Shown one piece after another: positions 9,791 to 16,897 of a stretch of 64,000 bases of DNA; the first letter of the stretch is position 1, and the number at the start of each line of letters is the position of its first letter. Below the pieces are notes generated by a model, which saw only the letters and a list, made by a program, of their open reading frames with translations, ran no database searches and was not told the DNA's origin. This DNA is from Flavobacteriales bacterium (GTDB lineage Bacteria; Bacteroidota; Bacteroidia; Flavobacteriales; TMED113). The stretch spans positions 10,898 to 74,897 of the forward strand of contig PBGD01000007.1 in assembly GCA_002718895.1 (NCBI GenBank), in the 5' to 3' direction. The translations under genes were made by a program, and so were the position numbers.

Positions 9791-10216
9791 TTAATGACTA
9801 TGTCCGTGTCCGTGTCCGTGTCCGTGTCCGTGTCCGTGTCCGTGTTCATGTGAATGTAATTTTTTAATATCACTTTCGACATTTTCATACAAACTATATT
9901 CTAATTTACCGCCCAAAAATTTTGCTATTAAAACACCCTCTTTATTATAGTATTCTTCTTTTTTCGGAGCATGGTCATAACAATAATACTTAAGTTGACC
10001 ATTTTTATAATACTCTTTAATAAAATTCGATTTTTTGTTTTTTTCTATACGAATTTGACCGTTTTTAAAAAAAGACTTTGAACTTATTTCTTGATTTTTT
10101 TCGTAAGTAACTTCAAGTTTAATATCGCCATTTCTATAGTATGTTTTTTCTATCGATTGTGACAATAAACTAGATAAAGTCAACAAGGTCATTGATAAGA
10201 AACAATAAATTTTCAT
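9791..10216 (-). CDS. Exported MORN-variant-repeat (YwqK-like) protein with a His-rich C-terminal tail
   Basis: Signal peptide; repeats YYRNGDIK, FFKNGQIR, YYKNGQLK, YYNKEG; tail HSHE(HG)7HSH. Confidence 0.75.
   Translation of the reverse strand: MKIYCFLSMTLLTLSSLLSQSIEKTYYRNGDIKLEVTYEKNQEISSKSFFKNGQIRIEKNKKSNFIKEYYKNGQLKYYCYDHAPKKEEYYNKEGVLIAKFLGGKLEYSLYENVESDIKKLHSHEHGHGHGHGHGHGHGHSH
9801..9842. repeat. Perfect hexanucleotide tandem repeat (TGTCCG)7
   Basis: Seven consecutive tgtccg units read directly; encodes (HG)7 on the minus strand. Confidence 0.97.
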
Positions 10217-10260
10217 TTTATAAAATAAAAACTATAGAGCTGTTAATATTATAAAAATTA

Positions 10261-11517
10261 CTATTCAATAATGTATTTTTTGTCCACAGTGCCATCATCA
10301 TAGATTTCAAATTTAAATGATTTATTGGCATTATCTCTACCCATTAAATCTATCCATTGTATTATTGATTTAGTGTTTGGTTTTTCTATTATATTACTAG
10401 AACTGCAACAAGAACACATTACATCGGGATCTCCCCATTGAGAGCCGGTAGAATTAAAGTTAGTAAATCCGTTGTTTGCATAATCTAAACACCATTCACA
10501 CCATGAGTTTTGGTTTGGTCCCCCATTAGGATCAGATACAGGCCATGCATTGTATGTGTCACAACCAAAATCACACCAATCTTGACAATCAACCAAAGAT
10601 GTATATGTTCCACTTCCATCACCTGGGTCGGTACATTCATAGCCATTTGTTGTTGTGTTTAATTTACAACTCCAAGTGGCTGGTGGTGGAGGGCAACAAT
10701 CACACATTACATCGGGATCTCCCCAATTCACACCATTAGGATTAAAGTTGGGATAGTAGAATGAATTTGGGTTTTGATAATCTATACACCATTCACACCA
10801 TGAATTTTGATTTGGTCCACCGTTAGGGTCAGATGTTGGCCATGAACTATATGTATTACATTGACACAATTGATCTAGGGTGATGATTATTGAAGAATTT
10901 GCTACTGCTTCACAGTCAGCTAATGAAGAATACTGTCCACTTCCATCTCCTGGATCTGAGCACTCATAATAAGCAGCTTGCGGATTTATCGTGATACACC
11001 AGCTTGGTGTTGGAGTAGGAGTGCAGCAATCGCAAGACACATCAGGATCAGGACCCCAAGTAGCTCCGGTTGCATTAAAGTTAGTAAATCCGTTATTTGC
11101 ATAGTCTACACACCATTCACACCATGAATTTTGATTTGGTCCACCATTAGGATCAGATGCAGGCCAAGTATCATATGTATCGCAAAGATCACAAATAGGT
11201 TCACAATCCGATAAACAGCAGTATTGACCACTTCCGTCTCCTGGATCTACACATCCATCTGGTGTACAGTTGTAGCTTTCAGTCTGATTATTATCACAAC
11301 ATTCGCAAGAAACATCAGGATCAGGACCCCAAGTGGCTCCAGTTGCATTAAAATTTTGGAAATTATTGTTAGCGTAATCTACACACCACTCACACCATGA
11401 ATTTTGGTTTGGTCCACCATTGGGATCAGATGCAGGCCAAGTAGAATATAGCGAGCAGTCTTGAGAAAATGATGAAAAAGAGATGAGTATTCCAATAAAA
11501 AATAAGATGTGTTTCAT
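10261..11517 (-). CDS. Secreted cysteine-rich repeat protein with a short T9SS-like C-terminal tail
   Basis: Start moved to the ATG at 11517 (MKHILFF...SFSQ signal peptide) because a promoter box overlaps the TTG at 11544. Four ~54-aa modules alternate with three DPGDGSG modules. Tail IDLMGR...EIYDDGTVDKKYIIE. Confidence 0.85.
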   Translation of the reverse strand: MKHILFFIGILISFSSFSQDCSLYSTWPASDPNGGPNQNSWCEWCVDYANNNFQNFNATGATWGPDPDVSCECCDNNQTESYNCTPDGCVDPGDGSGQYCCLSDCEPICDLCDTYDTWPASDPNGGPNQNSWCEWCVDYANNGFTNFNATGATWGPDPDVSCDCCTPTPTPSWCITINPQAAYYECSDPGDGSGQYSSLADCEAVANSSIIITLDQLCQCNTYSSWPTSDPNGGPNQNSWCEWCIDYQNPNSFYYPNFNPNGVNWGDPDVMCDCCPPPPATWSCKLNTTTNGYECTDPGDGSGTYTSLVDCQDWCDFGCDTYNAWPVSDPNGGPNQNSWCEWCLDYANNGFTNFNSTGSQWGDPDVMCSCCSSSNIIEKPNTKSIIQWIDLMGRDNANKSFKFEIYDDGTVDKKYIIE

Positions 11518-11541
11518 AATGCTAAATGTTAAAATTTTTAG

Positions 11542-11549
11542 CAAAGGTA
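11542..11549 (-). promoter_or_regulatory. Bacteroidota -7 promoter element (TACCTTTG)
   Basis: Reverse complement of caaaggta, 24 bp upstream of ATG 11517. Confidence 0.65.
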
Positions 11550-11557
11550 CAAATTAT

Positions 11558-13291
11558 TTATTTGTTAAAGATTTTGCGCACAGAGCCATCATGCATAATT
11601 TCAAGATATAATCCTTTTTCTACAGTAGATCTTCCTAATAAATCAATTCTTTTAATTACATGAGATGTATTTAATTCTTCAATTGACAATGGAGTTTCAT
11701 CACATGCATCACCATAGCCATCACCATCAGAATCAGCTTGATCAGGGTTATAATCCCAGTAACAATTGTCACATGCATTACCAACACCATCATCGTCATT
11801 ATCAGATTGAGTAATGTTATAATTTTGATAGCAATTATCACATGCATTACCATAACCATCGCCATCGCTATCTGATTGACTTATGTTATAATCATCAACA
11901 CAGTTATCAACTTCATCTAGAATACCATCTCCATCAGCATCAGCAAACGGAGCACCACACTCATATTCTAGAGTTTCACAATTTGAATTTAAGCAACTAC
12001 TATTTAACTTAGGTATCAAAACCTGTGACTTTACAATTGGATGAAACTCGAAATATAAATCTGCAAGGCTAGTTACATGACAATAACTCATTATAGTTCC
12101 ATATTCGTAAGTAGAATTTAAAAATAACCCATCAGGGTTGCCGTAGCAACTATCATCAGGGTCAAATAAGCTTCCATACATATTGCAGTTATCTATTGCT
12201 CCACCAGGAAAATCATAATTTGCATCAGCATTCCAAACACAATCATGGGTGTGATTAGCACCAATATTGTGACCCAGTTCATGAGATACTACCATAAAAT
12301 GCCACGAATAAAAATTACTAAATGGTTGAGATAAATAATTATAATTAATAGTTGTACCTAGTCCTCCAGTTACGGCATAACCCCATTGATTTGAGCAAAG
12401 TACATCTAATTCAGCAAGTCCGCCGCCCACACTTTTTCTAGTAAATAAATGTGCAATATCTCGCTCTACCTGAGTAAATTGAGATGGCCACTGCCAAGTA
12501 TCTTCAAATGCATTTAGATATTCGTACATGTCATCATTTAGCTCATTGTACGGACCAGGTGTTTCCCATACATGCACATAACTAGCTTGAACAATTGCAT
12601 CTAACTCAGACGTGTATATTTCACTAACACCAGTTAAAATAGCTAGTGCCCATTCAACAGCATCTTCGCAACTATAATCAAATTCACTATAGGTGTAGAA
12701 GTCAATTTCAACAGCCATATTTAAACATAGTTGGTTACCACTTCGTTCATTTGAATTATGAAAATCTATATTTTGAGGTGTATTATCGCTTGTTTTTGTG
12801 TGGCAATTAAAATTAAAATCAGCAATCGTATCAGACATGTCCACAAGAGCATAATGATTATTCTCTATGTGGACAATTTCATAAACTTTACCATCTTTTT
12901 TCAATACACCAATTAATACATTTTTATAGATTGATAAACTCCCAGAAATTTGGGTTTTTCCTAAAACTCGATAAGAAATTGTTTTAGGGACGTAATCTTC
13001 CTCCTTATAACCTGTATCAGTTGTCCTACCTAATTTGAAACTTTGAGTGTAAGCTTCAAAATAATTTAACTCAAGTGTTAAGGATGTATTATTGAAAAAA
13101 GGTATTTGTACAGTCTTATAGCAAGGTTGAAAATTTGTTAAACTATCAATTAATTCTAGGTTTATATCTAAATAAATGGTGTTTTTAGCTTGATTAGTCA
13201 AAGGTTCTCCCGCTATGTCAGATAATATAAAAATATCTGATTGGCTTAAGCAAATGAAAGGGATGAGAATAATGAATAAAATTTTTTTCAC
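11558..13291 (-). CDS. Secreted M12 (reprolysin-like) zinc metalloprotease with thrombospondin type-3 repeats and a short T9SS-like tail
   Basis: HELGHNIGANH (HExxHxxGxxH), Met-turn TIMSY, repeats DxDGDGxxDxCDNC, tail IDLLGR...EIMHDGSVRKIFNK; GTG start. Confidence 0.9.
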   Translation of the reverse strand: MKKILFIILIPFICLSQSDIFILSDIAGEPLTNQAKNTIYLDINLELIDSLTNFQPCYKTVQIPFFNNTSLTLELNYFEAYTQSFKLGRTTDTGYKEEDYVPKTISYRVLGKTQISGSLSIYKNVLIGVLKKDGKVYEIVHIENNHYALVDMSDTIADFNFNCHTKTSDNTPQNIDFHNSNERSGNQLCLNMAVEIDFYTYSEFDYSCEDAVEWALAILTGVSEIYTSELDAIVQASYVHVWETPGPYNELNDDMYEYLNAFEDTWQWPSQFTQVERDIAHLFTRKSVGGGLAELDVLCSNQWGYAVTGGLGTTINYNYLSQPFSNFYSWHFMVVSHELGHNIGANHTHDCVWNADANYDFPGGAIDNCNMYGSLFDPDDSCYGNPDGLFLNSTYEYGTIMSYCHVTSLADLYFEFHPIVKSQVLIPKLNSSCLNSNCETLEYECGAPFADADGDGILDEVDNCVDDYNISQSDSDGDGYGNACDNCYQNYNITQSDNDDDGVGNACDNCYWDYNPDQADSDGDGYGDACDETPLSIEELNTSHVIKRIDLLGRSTVEKGLYLEIMHDGSVRKIFNK

Positions 13292-13295
13292 GAAT

Positions 13296-13303
13296 CAAAT
13301 ATA
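13296..13303 (-). promoter_or_regulatory. Bacteroidota -7 promoter element (TATATTTG) for the M12 protease gene
   Basis: Reverse complement of caaatata, 4 bp from the GTG start at 13291. Confidence 0.55.
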
Positions 13304-13304
13304 G

Positions 13305-13312
13305 TACTTTTG
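13305..13312 (+). promoter_or_regulatory. Bacteroidota -7 promoter element (TACTTTTG) for the divergent CotH gene
   Basis: Matches TAnnTTTG, 17 bp upstream of ATG 13330. Confidence 0.6.
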
Positions 13313-13329
13313 TACAAACGCATAATCTT

Positions 13330-16272
13330 ATGAGATATTTTAAAACCATCCTATTATTTATTTTAGTTTTTATTTCATGTAATAATCAAAAAAATAATGA
13401 TTTAAAAAACAATATTATATACTATTGTGATGCTGAAAATGCTACGGCAGATAAAAAGCAATTTATTACTCATGGAGACAAATTTGGTGGTGCTAAATCT
13501 AGAAATTCTGAAGATGCATACAAAGGAAATTATTCATGTAAGTTAGATCAAAGGATTAAGTATGGAATGGAAAAAAAAATATATGATGTTGTTCCAGGTG
13601 AATTGATCAAAGTCTCAGTTTTTCGCAAAAGTTCTATTGATAATAGTAAAGGCTTTTTAGTTGTTTCCACATCCAATTTAGAAGATGATCAAAAAATTTA
13701 TCAAAGTAGAAATAAAAGTTTTGGTGAAAAGGATGAAAATGGATGGGAGCATATTGCATTTGATGTTCAAATTCCGAAAAAAGGTATAAAAATATCAGTA
13801 CTTAAAGTGTATGTATATTTGGCTGATCAAGAGGGAGAGACTGTCTATTTTGATGACCTATTAATTGAGAGAGACTTTAGTAGATTAAGTTCTAAAAAAT
13901 ATGGTAAAGAAGCTATTAGTATTCAAATGGCAGATGTACATTATAACAAATTATTTGCTATGAGAGATACAGCTTTTTTGCAGGGAGTTATAAGCAGTAA
14001 CTTAAAAAAATTCGTTCCTGGAATTCTAAGTTATAAGGGAGAAAAATTTCCAATTGAAATAAGGTTAAAAGGAGATTGGACTGATCATATAATTGGTGGC
14101 AAGTGGTCGTTCAGAATAAAATTAAGACAATCACAAAGTTTAATGGGCTTAAAGCAGTTTTCACTCCAAAGTCCTGCAACAAGAAGTTTTTTAAATGAAT
14201 GGATAATACATGAAATGTGTCATGATGAGGATATTTTATCAACTCGTTATGAGTTCCACCCTTTAATAATTAATGGTATGTCATTTGGCATCTATGCATT
14301 AGAAGAACACTTTACTAAGCAATTAATAGAATCCAAAAAAAGAAGGGAAGGACCAATTTTAAAATTTGATGAGAATGGTCTTTGGGAAAGAGAACTATAT
14401 TATAAGAAGAATAATAAATATTTAAATAAGCCATTTTTTGAAGCTTCTAAGATTTTGCCATTTCAAAAGGGTAAAACTATTAGAACACCAAATTTGAAAA
14501 ACCAGTTTTTAATTGCTCAGAACTTAATGTTAAAATATAAAAATGGAGATTCTGATTTTACTAGTTATTTAGACCTAGATAGATTAGCAAAAGCATATGC
14601 AATCATGACCATCGGAAACGTTAAACATGCTTTCACATGGCACAATCAACGGTTTTACTATAATCCTGTTCTTAGTAAATTAGAACTAATTGTGTATGAC
14701 TGCTACCCTAATGCTACTCAACAAAAAACGGATCCAAAGATATTTGGAAATTGGGAAGAGGGTACACACTTTGTTAAACCTTCTGAATATGCAACTTTGG
14801 CCGTATTTAACGATTTAAATTTTAATCAGACTTATTTATATTACTTAAAAAAGTTTACTGCAAATTCTTACTATCAAAACTTTTTATCTTCTAAAAAAGA
14901 CAAAATAGACTCAATACAAACATTAATTTCGAAAGATTATTTGGGTTATAAGTTTAATAATGAATCATTTTGGAGCAATATTGAAAAGGTCAAAACCATG
15001 ATCACTGAGTATGAAGAAAAAATAAATAAAGAAACAATAAGATTTTCTAGGGAAAACAAAGTATATAATGAGAAAACTGATACTGTTTTCCCTTCAGTGT
15101 CACTAGTTGCTCATTTAGAGCAATCATACCCAGATGGAACAGCACAAATATCTTTGACTAATTATCATACAAAATCAATTATAGTGTGTGGTTATTCGAC
15201 AAAAGAAGATAGAGACAGTATTGTTGTACTTAACTCTCAGTTTTCTATGCTGCCAAGTATTTCAAAAGATGTAAAATATATTTTTGATAAAAATCCGTAT
15301 AAAATCTTTTATAAAGAAAATAACCAAAGCAATAAAACTACACATAGTTGTCTAGTTTCTAATTGGAACAAACCAGTTTTAAAATCAGAGTTATATAATT
15401 TAATGACCACTAAATTAGATTCCAATTGCGATTTTCTAAAAATAGATAGTAGCCAAGTTACTTTTTTAAAGGGTAGACATTTTGTAGAAAGAAGTATTAT
15501 TATTCCAAAAAACATGAATGTTGTATTTGAGCCAGGCACAGAATTAATATTTGACAATGAAACATTTTTTATAAGTTACTCATCTATTGATATGCAAGGG
15601 ACATTAGAAAATCCTATAAAAATCACATCTCTAGATAATACGGCTAACGGATTTACAATTTTTCAAGCCCCTGAAAGGTCTGTTCTTAAACACGTAGTTT
15701 TTGACGGTTTGAATACACTTGATCTTTATGGTTGGACATTAACGGGTGCAGTAAGTTTTTATGAATCAGATGTTGATATTAGCTATTGTGAATTTAATAA
15801 TAATGTATGTGAAGATGGTCTAAATGTTATACGCTCAGATTTCAATTTTGTAAATAGCACAATGACTAACACAGCTTTTGATGCTATAGACGGGGACTTT
15901 TGTACTGGAGAGATATCTGACTCAAAATTCTATACACTAGGCAATGATTGCTTAGATTTTTCTGGTAGTTACATGAAAATCAAGAACTGTCAAATTAATA
16001 GTGCTGGAGATAAGGGAATTTCATGTGGAGAAGCATCCACTCTAAATGTAAGTGATATTAAAATAGATGGAGCTCATACAGGTGCCGCTTCTAAAGATCA
16101 CTCAAAATTATTTATAAATAATATTGATATTAATAATTGTAAAATTGCATTTTCTAGTTTTGAAAAAAAATCTGAATATGGTCCAGGATATATGGAAGTA
16201 AAAAATTATAAAATAAATAATACACCAGTTGAATCAAATTCAATAGATGGTTCGAAAATATTATTAAAATAA
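13330..16272 (+). CDS. Lipoprotein with a carbohydrate-binding-like N-domain, a CotH kinase domain and a C-terminal beta-helix
   Basis: Lipobox FISC. CBM-like AYKGNYSCKL...VYFDDLLIE. Kinase motifs IRLKGDWTDH, KWSFRIKL, YALEEHF, WHNQRFYYNP, IVYD. Beta-helix repeats (CEDGLN, FDAIDGDF, NDCLDFSGS, DKGISCGE). Confidence 0.8.
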   Translation: MRYFKTILLFILVFISCNNQKNNDLKNNIIYYCDAENATADKKQFITHGDKFGGAKSRNSEDAYKGNYSCKLDQRIKYGMEKKIYDVVPGELIKVSVFRKSSIDNSKGFLVVSTSNLEDDQKIYQSRNKSFGEKDENGWEHIAFDVQIPKKGIKISVLKVYVYLADQEGETVYFDDLLIERDFSRLSSKKYGKEAISIQMADVHYNKLFAMRDTAFLQGVISSNLKKFVPGILSYKGEKFPIEIRLKGDWTDHIIGGKWSFRIKLRQSQSLMGLKQFSLQSPATRSFLNEWIIHEMCHDEDILSTRYEFHPLIINGMSFGIYALEEHFTKQLIESKKRREGPILKFDENGLWERELYYKKNNKYLNKPFFEASKILPFQKGKTIRTPNLKNQFLIAQNLMLKYKNGDSDFTSYLDLDRLAKAYAIMTIGNVKHAFTWHNQRFYYNPVLSKLELIVYDCYPNATQQKTDPKIFGNWEEGTHFVKPSEYATLAVFNDLNFNQTYLYYLKKFTANSYYQNFLSSKKDKIDSIQTLISKDYLGYKFNNESFWSNIEKVKTMITEYEEKINKETIRFSRENKVYNEKTDTVFPSVSLVAHLEQSYPDGTAQISLTNYHTKSIIVCGYSTKEDRDSIVVLNSQFSMLPSISKDVKYIFDKNPYKIFYKENNQSNKTTHSCLVSNWNKPVLKSELYNLMTTKLDSNCDFLKIDSSQVTFLKGRHFVERSIIIPKNMNVVFEPGTELIFDNETFFISYSSIDMQGTLENPIKITSLDNTANGFTIFQAPERSVLKHVVFDGLNTLDLYGWTLTGAVSFYESDVDISYCEFNNNVCEDGLNVIRSDFNFVNSTMTNTAFDAIDGDFCTGEISDSKFYTLGNDCLDFSGSYMKIKNCQINSAGDKGISCGEASTLNVSDIKIDGAHTGAASKDHSKLFINNIDINNCKIAFSSFEKKSEYGPGYMEVKNYKINNTPVESNSIDGSKILLK

Positions 16273-16283
16273 TTTAAAACTAT

Positions 16284-16880
16284 TTACAATATTATTCCTA
16301 CTCCCAAACTAATTATATATTGTTTTAAATCAATAGGTTCTAATTTAAAATTCCCATCAGCTATTTTATTTTCACATCTAATTTCTAAAATCATTTTTTT
16401 ATCAAAAATCCATCCGACACCTAAGTTAGCACTTGTATTTGTCCTTGATGTGAAATCTAATTCACTAAGATTTAGGGACGAAGAAGATGCTTGATCACTC
16501 CACTTCCACTTATAATTATTTGACATCAAGTAATTATAGTTAATACCATAAATAACATAAAAATTTCTTACTAAGAATAATTCCATATTAGAACTTATAC
16601 TCATCCAATTATAAATATATCTTTGAACCCATTTTTTGCCAGCAATTTCTCCAGAATTAGAGTGTATGTTTTTTGAAAAGGTTAATTCATTTTTGATTTT
16701 GATTTGTTTGCTTAGATTTATTTTTGCAAAGGATCTTAATTGAATTCCTAAATTGAAATCGTCGTTTAATTCGTAAGAAATATGATCAATCTTATGGCTA
16801 GCTCCTATTTCGAAGCCTATTTGCGCTCTTAGATTTATGGCGCAAAACAAAAAAAGAATTTTAATACAATTTCTTCTCAT
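16284..16880 (-). CDS. Outer-membrane beta-barrel protein (PorT/OmpA-like small barrel)
   Basis: Signal peptide, alternating amphipathic strands, C-terminal ISLGVGIIL. Confidence 0.65.
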   Translation of the reverse strand: MRRNCIKILFLFCAINLRAQIGFEIGASHKIDHISYELNDDFNLGIQLRSFAKINLSKQIKIKNELTFSKNIHSNSGEIAGKKWVQRYIYNWMSISSNMELFLVRNFYVIYGINYNYLMSNNYKWKWSDQASSSSLNLSELDFTSRTNTSANLGVGWIFDKKMILEIRCENKIADGNFKLEPIDLKQYIISLGVGIIL

Positions 16881-16897
16881 TTTGGTTATTAATCATT

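Noticed and set aside
9791-10216. Toxin-antitoxin system suggested by the YwqK-like repeats
   Set aside because: There is no adjacent toxin, the protein has a signal peptide, and MORN-variant repeats are common in exported Bacteroidota proteins.
10400-11460. Recurring ~40-bp DNA repeats (caccattcacaccatga...ggtccaccattagg) that might suggest a CRISPR array
   Set aside because: Spacing is about 270-320 bp, copies differ at synonymous positions, they are in frame within a protein repeat, and no cas genes are present.
11671-11865. Met/Val-rich periodic 64-aa ORF
   Set aside because: It is an alternative-frame reading of the GAT/GGT-rich thrombospondin repeats.
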